Shown one piece after another: positions 8,604 to 19,429 of a stretch of 64,000 nucleotides of DNA. The position numbers were made by a program, and so were the translations under genes. Every line of letters starts with the position of its first letter. Position 1 is the first letter of the stretch. The notes under the pieces were generated by a model. The model ran no database searches. It saw only the letters and a program-made list of their open reading frames with translations, and had not been told where the DNA came from. The DNA is from an uncultured Erysipelotrichaceae bacterium (GTDB taxonomy: Bacteria > Bacillota_I > Bacilli_A > RFN20 > CAG-826), in the NCBI GenBank assembly GCA_900315885.1, contig ONAT01000002.1:28776-92775 (forward strand), in the 5' to 3' direction.

Positions 8604-9052
8604 ATTGTCCCCCTTTTATTATTTTTAATTGATAAAACCCAAATGTTCATATTTATTAAACATACGAACACAAAACTTAAATTTTTTTTCTGTCACTTAT
8701 CTCCTCCCTCAAAATGTGAGTGATTCATTCAACAAAAAATGAAATAGAAAAAATGGCTAGCCTCGCAAAGGCCTAAATCCGTGCCTAAATTATAAAATGT
8801 TACTAAATTCAAAATTATAGTTCTTAATTAGAATTAATTGATATGCAATTCTCCTTGTGTCATTTTCCATTTTAATCCCCTCACACATTAATTATTTCAA
8901 CAACAACAGCAACCTTATTGACTTACTAAGCACATAGTAACCCAATAAAGCGCATAGGATGCTAACTGCTCATCACTACAAAATTAAGTTAACATATAAT
9001 AATTCCTTTTGCAACACAAAAACTTAAATATGGTATATTTTTTAAGCCACAT

Positions 9053-9084
9053 TAAAAAATGCTAAATGGCAATCACTTAGCATT
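9053..9084 (-). terminator. Rho-independent terminator.
   Basis: Minus-strand hairpin ATGCTAAgtgattgccatTTAGCAT followed by TTTTTT. Confidence 0.55.
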
Positions 9085-9094
9085 AAATAAATCA

Positions 9095-9286
9095 TTATTT
9101 AGAAATAATACGATAAATAATAAGCGCTGAATAGGAATATATTTGCTCATTAGTATTTGATAAAAAATGTGATGTAGCGTATTTAATATCAATAAAACTC
9201 TCATCAGGAAGCGATTTAAAAAAAGCATTAATCTGTTCTTCTAAATCTTCTTCATTTTCTTCATCAATTACGGCGACTGCAATCAC
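9095..9286 (-). CDS. Small acidic hypothetical protein (63 aa).
   Basis: ORF track only; lies between the flavoprotein gene and a terminator. Confidence 0.25.
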   Translation of the reverse strand: MIAVAVIDEENEEDLEEQINAFFKSLPDESFIDIKYATSHFLSNTNEQIYSYSALIIYRIISK

Positions 9287-9352
9287 GATTAATCACCCTT
9301 ATTAATAGTAACCAATGAATAATACAAATAAACTCTAATAATGTCGAATTAC

Positions 9353-10543
9353 TTATTTCACGATGTAACTTGTAGCAAACGCAATTTGGAGAGAGTAACC
9401 ACCGACAAAGGCATCAACATCAAGTACTTCTCCAACAAAATATAAGTCTTTTACTATTTTGCTTTCCATATTTTTAGGATTAATATCTTTAACATCTACA
9501 CCACCAGAAGTAACAATTGCTTCCTCCAGTGGTGCAAATTTTAAGAAATGCAATGGAAAATGTTTTAAATATCTTATCATTTCTTTGCGCATTTCTTTCG
9601 TAATAGCGTTACATAATAAATCTTTATTTATTTTTAAAATAGACAAAATAGTGTCAGATATTATAAAAGGAACAAATGCTGTTAAAGTACGAGAAATCTC
9701 ACGATTAGGATTTGCAGAAAACTTCTGCACTAATAAGTGATCTAGTTCTTCTTCTGATACATTATTTTTAAAATCAAGTTCCAATTCTTTTACTTCTTCA
9801 CGATTAATTAAACTCGACATGTTGCGGACAACATTTCCGCTTATGCGATTATCTTTAAAAATTACTGTACCAGTTAATTTTCTTTTAGCATTATTAGTCA
9901 TACTAATAAGCGTTGCACCCTCAAAAGTGAAACCATCTAATTTTTTTAAAAAATCATCTTTCAAATATATATCACATAAAGCTGAACGAATTGGAACAAT
10001 TGTATGACCAAATTCAGTTGCAATCTTATAACCTATGCCATTAGAGCCTGTTTGAGGATAAGATTTGCCTCCTGTTGCGACTACAAGTTTATCGCATTCT
10101 AATTCGTTATGTTCTAAAGATACAACAAAGCGTTCCTCATTAAAGCATTTTATAACTTTTGCGTTATATAAGAACTTAACACCTAGTTCTTCACATTTAT
10201 TTAATAAAGCATCGAGAATATCTTTAGCTTTATTACTTTTTGGATAGACTCTTTCTTCAACAACATAAGAATCAACACCTAAATCTTGAAAGAATTCAAC
10301 GCATTTTTGACTAGAAAAAGTATATAAAGCAGTCTTTAAGAATGCATTGTTGCGCACAACACATTTTAAAAATTCATCAACACTTGTTAAGTGTGTAAAA
10401 TTACATTTTCCGTGTCCTGTTAAAAGCAGTTTATGACCTGCAGATTTATTTTGTTCTAAAACGAGAACTTCATAGCCTTGCGAAGCAAAACTAATCGCCG
10501 ACATTAATCCACTTGGTCCTGCACCAATGACAATAACTTTCAT
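9353..10543 (-). CDS. HI0933-like FAD-dependent flavoprotein (BaiN / aminoacetone oxidase family).
   Basis: N-terminal dinucleotide fold KVIVIGAGPSGLMSAISFASQGYEVLVLEQN and GHKLLLTGHGKCNFT; C-terminal GEVLDVDAFVGGYSLQIAF, typical of this family. Confidence 0.75.
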   Translation of the reverse strand: MKVIVIGAGPSGLMSAISFASQGYEVLVLEQNKSAGHKLLLTGHGKCNFTHLTSVDEFLKCVVRNNAFLKTALYTFSSQKCVEFFQDLGVDSYVVEERVYPKSNKAKDILDALLNKCEELGVKFLYNAKVIKCFNEERFVVSLEHNELECDKLVVATGGKSYPQTGSNGIGYKIATEFGHTIVPIRSALCDIYLKDDFLKKLDGFTFEGATLISMTNNAKRKLTGTVIFKDNRISGNVVRNMSSLINREEVKELELDFKNNVSEEELDHLLVQKFSANPNREISRTLTAFVPFIISDTILSILKINKDLLCNAITKEMRKEMIRYLKHFPLHFLKFAPLEEAIVTSGGVDVKDINPKNMESKIVKDLYFVGEVLDVDAFVGGYSLQIAFATSYIVK

Positions 10544-12941
10544 TAGTTTGCCACCACACTTACAATACGATTTTTAATAACCATAATCTTTCTAATTGTC
10601 AAATTAGCTAAGTGTTTTTGTACATTAGGCGACGCTAAAGCCTTCTCTTTAATTTCTTCTTCGCTTGCATCAACAGAAACAGTAATAGTATCACGTAGTT
10701 TTCCGTTAACTTGTACTGCTAAAGTCATTTCTTTTTTCACTAATTTATTTTCATCAAATGTTGGCCATTTTTCATATGCAATAGTGTTATCATGGCCTAA
10801 TTTTTGCCACATTTCTTCACCAATATGCGGAGCAATACAAGAAATCATTTTTACAAATCCTTCCGCATATTCACGTGGTAATTTATTAATACGATAAACT
10901 TCATTAATAAAAATCATCATTTGGGATATGGCAGTATTAAATGATAAGTTTTCATAATCGCTTGTTACTTTTTTAACTGTTTGATGGTAGAGCATTTCTA
11001 ATTCTTTTACTTCTTCATCAACAATAACATTTGCATCAACAATAATACGATATACTCTATCTAAGAATTTATGCGCCCCTTCAACACCATTATTACTCCA
11101 TGGTTTACTTGCCTCTAAAGGTCCCATAAACATTTCATATAAACGCAATGTATCCGCGCCATATTGCTTAACAATATCACTAGGATTAATAACAAATTCT
11201 GGGAATCTCTTACCCATTTTAATACCATTTGTGCCTAAAATCATACCTTGGTGTACAAGTTTTTTAAATGGTTCATCAAAAGAGATATAACCTTTTTGAT
11301 GGAGATATTTTGTCCAAATGCGCGAATAAATTAAATGTCCTACTGCGTGTTCTGGTCCACCAATATATAAGTCAACTGGGAGCCAGTGATCAAGTAATTT
11401 CTTATCACCAAATACTTTATCGTTATTTGGATCAACATATCGCATAAAATACCAGCTTGAACCTGCAGAACCTGGCATTGTTGATGTTTCTCTAACACCT
11501 TTTTTGCCGTTATATGTATATTTCTTCCATTCGGTTGCGTTTTCTAAAGGTGCTTTACCATTTTTGCCTTTGTAATCATCTAGTTCTGGTAACACTAATG
11601 GCAATTCTTCATCGCTTAAAACGTGGATTGTGCCATCTTCCATATGTACAACTGGTACTGGCTCACCCCAATAACGTTGACGAGCAAAAATCCATTCACG
11701 GAACTTGTAATTAACTTTTTTCTTACCTACGCCAAGTTCACCTAATTTTTCTAGCATTACTTTAATAGCGTCCTCTTTATTTAATCCGTTTAAGAAGGAA
11801 GAATTAATATGTAATCCATCTTCGGTGTAAGCTTCTTTTGTTATATCTCCGCCTTCTAAGACTGGAATAATGTCAAGATTAAATTTTTTAGCAAAAGCAT
11901 AGTCTCTTTCATCGTGAGCAGGAACCGCCATAATCGCACCTGTTCCATAAGTTGATAAAACATAATCAGAAATAAAGATTGGCATCTCTTTACCATTTAT
12001 TGGATTAATAGCATAACTTCCAAGGAAGCATCCCGTTTTTTCTTTATTTAAAGAAGTTCTCTCTAATTCAGATTTACGACTTGATGCTAAAACATATTTT
12101 TCAACTTCTTCTTTTTGTTCTTTACTTGTAATCTTTTTGACTAATTCATGTTCTGGAGATAAAACGCAATATGTCGCTCCAAAAAGAGTGTCGCAACGTG
12201 TGGTAAAGACTGTAAATTTCTCATCTGTTCCTTTGACTTTAAAATCAATTAAAGCACCTTCGCTACGGCCAATCCAGTTTCTTTGCATTTCTTTTGTGGA
12301 TTCTGGCCAATCAATGCGATTAAGTCCTTCAAGTAATTGATCTCCAAAGCTCGCTTGGTCAATTACCCATTGTTTCAAGTTTTTACGGACAACTGGATAA
12401 CCACCACGTTCAGATTTACCATCGATTACTTCATCATTTGATAAAACTGTGCCTAATTCTTCGCACCAATTGACTGGCATATCAATATATTTTGCATAGC
12501 CATCAAGGTAAAGATTTTTAAATATCCATTGTGTCCATTTGTAGAATTTTGGGTCACTAGTAACAATCATTTTGCTCCAATCATAATCAAAGCCCAATTC
12601 TTTTAGTTGTTTAGTGAATGTTGCAATGTTTTGCATTGTAAATTCTTCAGGGTGATGATTTGTTTTAATAGCGTATTGTTCAGCAGGTAAACCAAAGGAG
12701 TCATATCCCATTGGATGTAAGACATTATATCCTTGCATTCTTTTCATACGCGAAACTATATCAGTCGCAGTATATCCTTCTGGATGTCCAGCATGTAAGC
12801 CCACTCCTGATGGATATGGGAACATATCCAAAGCATAAAATTTTGGTTTAGAAAAATCATAAACATCAGTTTTGAATGTTTGATTATCTTCCCAATACTT
12901 TTGCCATTTCTTTTCAATTTCACTAAAATTGTAACCCATAA
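10543..12941 (-). CDS. leuS: Leucyl-tRNA synthetase.
   Basis: Class I aaRS HIGH motif [16 protein letters not shown] and KMSKS-like GIKMGKR; LeuS-like domain order and length. Start assigned to the internal Met [13 protein letters not shown], which has RBS GGAGG; the track ORF extends upstream into the leader. Confidence 0.92.
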
Positions 12942-12944
12942 TCT

Positions 12945-13178
12945 TTCCTCCAATAAAAAAACGTCCACATTTAAGGACGTTATTAACGCGGTACCACCTT
13001 AATTTATATCTTGCGATATACACTTAATTATCTTGTTAACGCCAAGAAACGAGTCATTACTAAGTTGAGACTTAAGAATTCAAATGTTATATTGCACCAA
13101 ACTATAACTCTCTAAAAATCAAATTCCTAATTATTCTTTAACTAGATTTATTATTACTTTTATAAAAAGTAAAGTCAA
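12945..13178 (-). promoter_or_regulatory. T-box riboswitch leader (tRNA-Leu responsive) with promoter, specifier loop, antiterminator and terminator, upstream of leuS.
   Basis: Minus-strand reading: -35 TTGACT, 17 nt spacer, TAATAA. Specifier-loop context AAGUCUCAAC gives CUC followed by A at 13067-13069. T-box sequence AAUUAAGGUGGUACCGCG. Terminator AACGUCC-uuaaaug-GGACGUU plus U7 immediately 5' of the leuS RBS. Confidence 0.8.
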
Positions 13179-13246
13179 GAAAAAACATACAATCATAATA
13201 TATTTAGCCAATTAAAAAGGTAAGAAATACATCTTACCTTCATAAA

Positions 13247-14977
13247 CTAAATTTGTTTAAATTGTGAATTATATAATTCGTAATAGAAACCTTTTTTCTT
13301 TAATAATTCATCATGATTACCTTGCTCTACAATATATCCTTTGTCTAACACAAGGATAATATCGGCGTTACGAATGGTTGAAAGTCGATGAGCAATGACA
13401 ATAGATGTCTTACCTTTCATAACTTCATTAAAGGCTTCCTGAACTAATACTTCTGTACGTGTATCAATGCTTGATGTAGCTTCATCAAGAATTAAGATAT
13501 TAGGCTCAGAAAGGAATAATCTAGCAATACAAATTAATTGTTTTTGTCCATTTGAAAGACCTAATTCATCACTTACAACTGTGTCATAACCATCTTTCAT
13601 TTGCATAATGAAGTTATGTGCTTTAGCTTTCTTACTTGCTTCAATGATTTCTTCATCACTTGCATCAAGTTTTGCATAACGAATGTTATCTTTAATTGTT
13701 CCTTTAAAGATCCAAGTATCTTGTAAGACCATACCTATTTCATCACGCAAAGAACTGCGTTTAACTGTGGCAATATCTTGATTAGAAACACAAATGTTTC
13801 CCCCATTAGGATCATAGAAACGCATAATCAAATTAATTAAAGTTGTCTTACCACACCCTGTTGTTCCAACAATTGCGACTTTGTGGCGTGGGAATATATC
13901 AATATCAATATCTTTTAAAACAAGTTTATCTTTATTATATCCAAAGGCAATATGATTAATTTCAATATTGCTGTCTTGATAAATAAAATCTTTTAAATTT
14001 GCATCATCAATTACTTTGTCCTCATCAATCAATGATTGAATACGTTTAATAGAGGCAAATGAAGATTGTAATTCCGCAATAACACTTGATATTTCATTAA
14101 ATGGTTTCGTGTAGTGATTAGCAAATAATAAGAATGACACTAATAAACCAGAAGTAAGATTAAAGCCACCATTAATGACAATAATGCCACCCACTAAAGC
14201 TAATGCAGCATATATTAAGGCATTAATTAATCTAGTTGAAGGATTAATTACCGCTGCTGCTAGTTCGGCTTTAAAATTGATGTTTAAAAGTTCTTTATTA
14301 ATAACTTCAAAGTCTGCTTGTACTTTATCTTCGTTTTGATAAGAAGCTATGACTTTTTGATTTGACATATTTTCATTTAAGAAACTGCCAACTTTTCCTC
14401 TTTGCTCAGATTGCAATTTATAAATCTTACTAGATTTTTTAGCAATGACAGTTGAAGAGATTAGGGATAATGGTGTCAAAACCAAGACAATAATCGCTAA
14501 TGGATAACATAAATAGAACATAATTGCCAATGTGACAATAATAGTTAATACACCTGTAAAGAATTTTTGGAATAATTGAATTAAGCCATCCGAGATAATA
14601 TCAACATCTCCTACAACTCGCGAGATTAAATCGCCATGTGAATGTTGATCAATATAAGAAACAGGCACAGATAATAATTTATCAATTGCTTTCTTTCTTA
14701 AATCACGAACTACTTTATAACTTGTTTGCATGGAGATATAACGAAGTAACCATTCCGATAAGAAACATGAAACAGTACAAATACCTAAAATCAACAAATA
14801 ATGAAGTAATTTAGTAAAGTCAACGGTTGTTAAGAATAAATCAAGTGCATAACCACTGACAATCGTAATAATTGTTGTTGCTCCTACAAAGACAATTGCC
14901 AATAAGAAACAGCAAATCAAAGAGAAAACATAAGGCTTAAGAATCATCTTAAAGAAGGAATAATAATTCTTTTTCAT
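13247..14977 (-). CDS. ABC transporter, fused permease/ATP-binding subunit (type I exporter, LmrD/YheH-like).
   Basis: Six N-terminal TM segments. Walker A GTTGCGKTTLINL, signature LSNGQKQLICIARLF, Walker B ILILDEATSSID. Confidence 0.85.
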   Translation of the reverse strand: MKKNYYSFFKMILKPYVFSLICCFLLAIVFVGATTIITIVSGYALDLFLTTVDFTKLLHYLLILGICTVSCFLSEWLLRYISMQTSYKVVRDLRKKAIDKLLSVPVSYIDQHSHGDLISRVVGDVDIISDGLIQLFQKFFTGVLTIIVTLAIMFYLCYPLAIIVLVLTPLSLISSTVIAKKSSKIYKLQSEQRGKVGSFLNENMSNQKVIASYQNEDKVQADFEVINKELLNINFKAELAAAVINPSTRLINALIYAALALVGGIIVINGGFNLTSGLLVSFLLFANHYTKPFNEISSVIAELQSSFASIKRIQSLIDEDKVIDDANLKDFIYQDSNIEINHIAFGYNKDKLVLKDIDIDIFPRHKVAIVGTTGCGKTTLINLIMRFYDPNGGNICVSNQDIATVKRSSLRDEIGMVLQDTWIFKGTIKDNIRYAKLDASDEEIIEASKKAKAHNFIMQMKDGYDTVVSDELGLSNGQKQLICIARLFLSEPNILILDEATSSIDTRTEVLVQEAFNEVMKGKTSIVIAHRLSTIRNADIILVLDKGYIVEQGNHDELLKKKGFYYELYNSQFKQI

Positions 14978-16710
14978 TATTTGTTACCTCCTAAAGTGTC
15001 TTGAGAATCACATATCTCTTTATAAACCTGACATATTTTAACTAACTCTTCATGTTTACCTAAGCCCACAATCTTGCCTTCATCTAAAACAATAATTTCA
15101 TCAGCATTTTTAATAGCGTTAACACGTTGTGAGATAATTAATAATGTCGTTTCTTTATAATTATTTTTAATAGCAGTACGTAAATCTAAGTCTGTTTTAA
15201 AGTCAAGCGCGGATGTTGAGTCATCTAGCACTAAAATCTTTGGCTTTTTAATTAGAGCTCGAGCAATAGATAACCTTTGTCTTTGTCCACCCGAGAAATT
15301 CTTTCCTAATTCTTCGACAACACTGTCAAGACCATTTTCTTTGCTTTCGACAACGTTACGTGCTTGAGCATTATCAAGAGCAAACCACATATCTTCATCG
15401 CTTGCATTTCTATTACCAAATAACAAATTAGAACGTATTGTTCCTTTAAAGATTGCAACTTTTTGGTCAACGACTGCAATGCTACTTCTTAATTCATCTA
15501 ACGATATATCTTTAATGTTTACATCATTATAATATATCGCACCTTTAGTAACATCATAGAAGCGATTTAATAAATTAATGATTGTGGTTTTACCACTTCC
15601 TGTACCACCAATGATACCGATAGTATTCCCTCGTTTAATATCAAAACTTGCGTCTTTTATTGCGTAAGAATCATTATCTGAATAAGAATAAGATACATTA
15701 TCAAATTTAATGATATCTTCTTTATCAGTTGTTTTTTCTTTACCACTTACAATTGTTGGTTCAAGCACTAGGACATCATTTATTCTTTTTGCGGATACCG
15801 AGGCTTTAGAGAATGTGACAACTAAATCACCAACAACCACAACTGCTAAAGATATTTGAACTAAATAATTAATTAATGAAGATACTTCTCCTTTTGATAA
15901 GCCAAAAGCCCATGAAGAAGAATTACCACTAAAATAAAAAATTAAAATAATTGCTACATTTACGATAACAGTCGTCAAAGGATTAAGTAAAGCAGAAAGC
16001 ACGGACAAGGAAGTTGATGTTTTTTGAACATCATTAACTTCTTTATAAAATCTATTTCTTTCATATTCTTGTTTATTAAAAGCTCTAACAACACGTGTAC
16101 CAGTTAAATTTTCTTTTGTAATATTAGTAATGTTATCAATTTCAGTTTGGATTTTACGGTTGTATGGTAAAGAGAATTTAGAACTTAAAAATAAGACTAA
16201 ACCAATAAGTAGACCAACACCAACGAAAATGATACCAAGTTTAGGCGATACAAAGAAAGACATAACAGTGCCACCTATAACAATTAAAGGTGCCCGCACT
16301 ACTAAACGAATTAACATTGCCACTGCTCTTTGTGTTGTTGAAACATCGGTGGTTAATCTAGTTTGCAAAGAACTAACACCGATATCATCAATTTCTTTAA
16401 AAGAAAGAGTGTTAACTTTCGCATACAAATCTATACTGACATTGTAGGCGTATTTTGAAGATATACGGCAAGCGATGTATTGGCAAACCATTGTAGTAAA
16501 AAAGCCTATAACCGCAAGAGAGAGTAAAATAAGTCCTTGCTTAACAATATAATCCGATGTTAAGTTTTCACCACTATCAATATAATCAATAATATTCGCC
16601 ACGATTAATGGCACAATTAATTCAAAAATAGCTTCCAATACTTTAAAGCAAGGGCCAGCTATAACGCCTGCCTTATATGGGGCTAAATATTTTTTAAATA
16701 ATTTAAGCAT
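14977..16710 (-). CDS. ABC transporter, fused permease/ATP-binding subunit; heterodimer partner of the downstream gene.
   Basis: Walker A GGTGSGKTTIINL, signature FSGGQRQRLSIARAL, Walker B ILVLDDSTSALD. Stop overlaps the partner's start. Confidence 0.85.
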   Translation of the reverse strand: MLKLFKKYLAPYKAGVIAGPCFKVLEAIFELIVPLIVANIIDYIDSGENLTSDYIVKQGLILLSLAVIGFFTTMVCQYIACRISSKYAYNVSIDLYAKVNTLSFKEIDDIGVSSLQTRLTTDVSTTQRAVAMLIRLVVRAPLIVIGGTVMSFFVSPKLGIIFVGVGLLIGLVLFLSSKFSLPYNRKIQTEIDNITNITKENLTGTRVVRAFNKQEYERNRFYKEVNDVQKTSTSLSVLSALLNPLTTVIVNVAIILIFYFSGNSSSWAFGLSKGEVSSLINYLVQISLAVVVVGDLVVTFSKASVSAKRINDVLVLEPTIVSGKEKTTDKEDIIKFDNVSYSYSDNDSYAIKDASFDIKRGNTIGIIGGTGSGKTTIINLLNRFYDVTKGAIYYNDVNIKDISLDELRSSIAVVDQKVAIFKGTIRSNLLFGNRNASDEDMWFALDNAQARNVVESKENGLDSVVEELGKNFSGGQRQRLSIARALIKKPKILVLDDSTSALDFKTDLDLRTAIKNNYKETTLLIISQRVNAIKNADEIIVLDEGKIVGLGKHEELVKICQVYKEICDSQDTLGGNK

Positions 16711-17040
16711 ATTTTAAACGACCACCATTCAAATACTTTACTTTTATAGAATATCACTTGCATTCTATGAATGCAATTAAACTTTACTTTCGTCATATTA
16801 CAAAACAATCATACATTTTACTGATATTTTTATGCATTTTTCTATTGATTATAAATTACTTGTCTATGTCCAATTTTTATTGAATAAGATTTTTAAAAAA
16901 ATTATTTCAAAAATACAAATACAAGTGCAAAAAGAGCATTATTTAGGATTTTAATTCACTAATATTTTTAAAATATTATTAAAAATTATTAATTTGCGTT
17001 ATAATTAATATATCTTTATAAATTTTAGGAGATTAGAGTA

Positions 17041-17547
17041 ATGATTAGAATAATTGTACCAATGTATGGAGAAATTGAAATTGAATTAGATTATGAAAAC
17101 GCCCCAAACACATGTGCAAATTTCGTTGAATTGGCACGTAAAGGTTTCTATGATGGCTTAACATTCCATCGTATTATTAAAGGTTTTATGATTCAAGGCG
17201 GTTGTCCAATCGGTAATGGCACTGGTGGCCCAGGCTACACAATTAAAGGCGAATTTAAGATTAATGATTTTGAAAATAATTTGTCACATAAACGTGGTGT
17301 AATATCTATGGCACGTGCTTTAGGTAAAAACACTGCTGGATCTCAATTCTTTATTATGCATAAAGATGGTGAATATCTTGATGGACAATATGCTGCTTTT
17401 GGTAAAGTAGTTAAAGGCATGGATGTCATCGATCGCATTGCTAATGTAAAAACAAGTCCATCTGACCGTCCTTTAGAAAGAGTAATTATGTCTAAAGTCG
17501 AGGTCATTGATGAACCTGTTAAAAAAGTTGTTAAATTAAAAGAATAA
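17041..17547 (+). CDS. ppiB: Cyclophilin-type peptidyl-prolyl cis-trans isomerase.
   Basis: GFYDGLTFHRIIKGFMIQGGCP, GNGTGGPGYTI, SMARALGKNTAGSQFFI; RBS AGGAGA. Confidence 0.9.
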   Translation: MIRIIVPMYGEIEIELDYENAPNTCANFVELARKGFYDGLTFHRIIKGFMIQGGCPIGNGTGGPGYTIKGEFKINDFENNLSHKRGVISMARALGKNTAGSQFFIMHKDGEYLDGQYAAFGKVVKGMDVIDRIANVKTSPSDRPLERVIMSKVEVIDEPVKKVVKLKE

Positions 17548-18708
17548 ATAGTCTAAACGATTAGCAAAATCTTTTAAAAACTTTTCTTCGTCTACACAAT
17601 CATAGGTCATTGAAAAGCGAACATAATGATTTACATCATCATAAGGAATACACATAATACCTACTTTGTTTAATAAGAGCGCAGCAAATTCTTTGGCACT
17701 AGTAATAGTTTGCTCTTTAACAAAAGTAGGTGTTTTTATATACAAATAAAATGTTCCATAAGGGATATGAGTATAAAGCCCATGTTCAAATAAAATCATT
17801 GCTATTTTTTTCATACGTCTTAGATATTTCTCTTTTAATTCATTAGTGATTTCATCATGCTCTAACGCCACTTTGGCCGCATATTGAATAGGTAAATATT
17901 GTCCTGAATCAAAATTATTTTTTAAATCTTTAAGTAGACTTATTATTTTTTCATTTCCAATTACAAATCCAATACGAAATCCCGTCATATTATGACTTTT
18001 TGATAATGTATATATTTCAATTCCCACATCTTTTGCTCCCTCAATAGACATAAATGCTAACGGAGATTCATATGATATGCCCAAATATGCCGCATCATTA
18101 ATAATTAAAAAATGATATTTTTTTGCTAGTTCAATTGCGTGTTTATAAAACTTTTTATCAACAGTAGTACCTGTTGGATTATGCGGAAAATTTAACATCA
18201 AAATCTTTGTCTTTTTCCATACTTCTTCTTTTATTATATCTAAATCAGGATAAAATTGATTTTCTTCCGATAACGACAAGTATTCAATTTTAGCTTTACG
18301 CAATTGTGCCGCTCGCTCTAAAACGACATAACTTGGTTTTAAAGTTACTACGTAATCTCCTTCTTCAACAAATAATGAAGGAATCATTGCTAAAATGGAT
18401 TTTGCACCCATTACATGCATTATTTCTTTTTCATTTGCCGTAACATTAAAATTTCTTTTAACATATGCGCGTGCGGAATCTAAAAAAGAAGAATAATCAT
18501 TATCACTATATTTATGATTTTTGCTTTCTTTTAAACTATCTATTAACGCATTTAAAATAAGTGGATTTGGTGCATCTTGTTCTTCACCAATTCCAAAATC
18601 CATCAAAGGAAACGAGCCATGGTACGCTCTTTTAAGACGCATAATATCTTCGAAACGATTAAAGAAAATATTATGATAATCTTTAATAACTAATTCATTA
18701 AAATCCAT
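17536..18708 (-). CDS. Class I/II PLP-dependent aminotransferase (PatA/DapL-like; sits with DAP-pathway genes).
   Basis: LNFPHNPTGTT, and SKSHNMTGFRIGF containing the PLP-lysine context; adjacent to dapF and asd. Confidence 0.7.
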   Translation of the reverse strand: MDFNELVIKDYHNIFFNRFEDIMRLKRAYHGSFPLMDFGIGEEQDAPNPLILNALIDSLKESKNHKYSDNDYSSFLDSARAYVKRNFNVTANEKEIMHVMGAKSILAMIPSLFVEEGDYVVTLKPSYVVLERAAQLRKAKIEYLSLSEENQFYPDLDIIKEEVWKKTKILMLNFPHNPTGTTVDKKFYKHAIELAKKYHFLIINDAAYLGISYESPLAFMSIEGAKDVGIEIYTLSKSHNMTGFRIGFVIGNEKIISLLKDLKNNFDSGQYLPIQYAAKVALEHDEITNELKEKYLRRMKKIAMILFEHGLYTHIPYGTFYLYIKTPTFVKEQTITSAKEFAALLLNKVGIMCIPYDDVNHYVRFSMTYDCVDEEKFLKDFANRLDYLFF

Positions 18709-19429
18709 CCATTATCTCTCCTTTATAAACACACTTAACATCGCCATATATGCACAATTTGTCCATTAATTTTTCAATAATATAATTACCTCCTAATGAA
18801 ACAAATTCCACTTTTGAATTAATAATTCCTAAATCATATAAATGCTTAAAAGCGCATAATGAAGCACTTCCACAAGATTTAGTAATTCCCACACCATTTT
18901 CATAAGTTAAAATCTTAAATTTATTAGTGTCTAACATTTCTAAATTTGTTACATTTACTTGCGAAAATAGTTCATTTTTCTTATCGTTACTTAAATTGGT
19001 TTTTGAGATATAGTCCACTATTCTAATTGCGTGCTTGTTGCCTATCTCATATAAACTATATGGTTCAATAAAACCTATAAATGATGGCATATCCATCAAA
19101 GCATAATATTTATTAAACTCATATCCTACAACTGCCTCAATATTATTATTTACTAGTAAATGGTATTCATCTTTTTGATTTTTTAAGATATTTTTCAAAA
19201 AATATGCAACAATTTTTAGTCCGTTTCCGCACATTTTTGCTTTACCACCATCTTTATTATAAATATTTAATAAAGCATCATATTTTTTATCACTTTTAAT
19301 GATTAATACTCCATCTGCCCCAACTCCAAAATGTTCTTCACATAAAGATTTAATATCTTTAGTGTCAATGTTTTGCTCAAAAAGGACAATAAAATCATTG
19401 CCCATTGATTGTATTTTATAAAAAATCAT
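18698..19429 (-). CDS. dapF: Diaminopimelate epimerase.
   Basis: MGNDFIVL (GNDF motif) and MCGNGLKIVAYFL (catalytic Cys in CGNG); length about 243 aa. Confidence 0.8.
   Translation of the reverse strand: MIFYKIQSMGNDFIVLFEQNIDTKDIKSLCEEHFGVGADGVLIIKSDKKYDALLNIYNKDGGKAKMCGNGLKIVAYFLKNILKNQKDEYHLLVNNNIEAVVGYEFNKYYALMDMPSFIGFIEPYSLYEIGNKHAIRIVDYISKTNLSNDKKNELFSQVNVTNLEMLDTNKFKILTYENGVGITKSCGSASLCAFKHLYDLGIINSKVEFVSLGGNYIIEKLMDKLCIYGDVKCVYKGEIMDGF

Noticed and set aside
9459-12968. ORFs 9459..9740, 9819..10007, 10065..10247, 11514..11714, 12137..12340 and 12756..12968 embedded in the flavoprotein and leuS genes
   Set aside because: They overlap well-supported conserved genes in other frames or strands; no RBS; hydrophobic or low-complexity translations.
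12942-13023. 5' extension of the leuS ORF ([28 protein letters not shown])
   Set aside because: This stretch is the T-box antiterminator/terminator; the in-frame Met with a GGAGG RBS at 12941 is the real start.
16130-16447. ORF 16130..16447 (+), 105 aa
   Set aside because: Antisense inside the ABC transporter gene.
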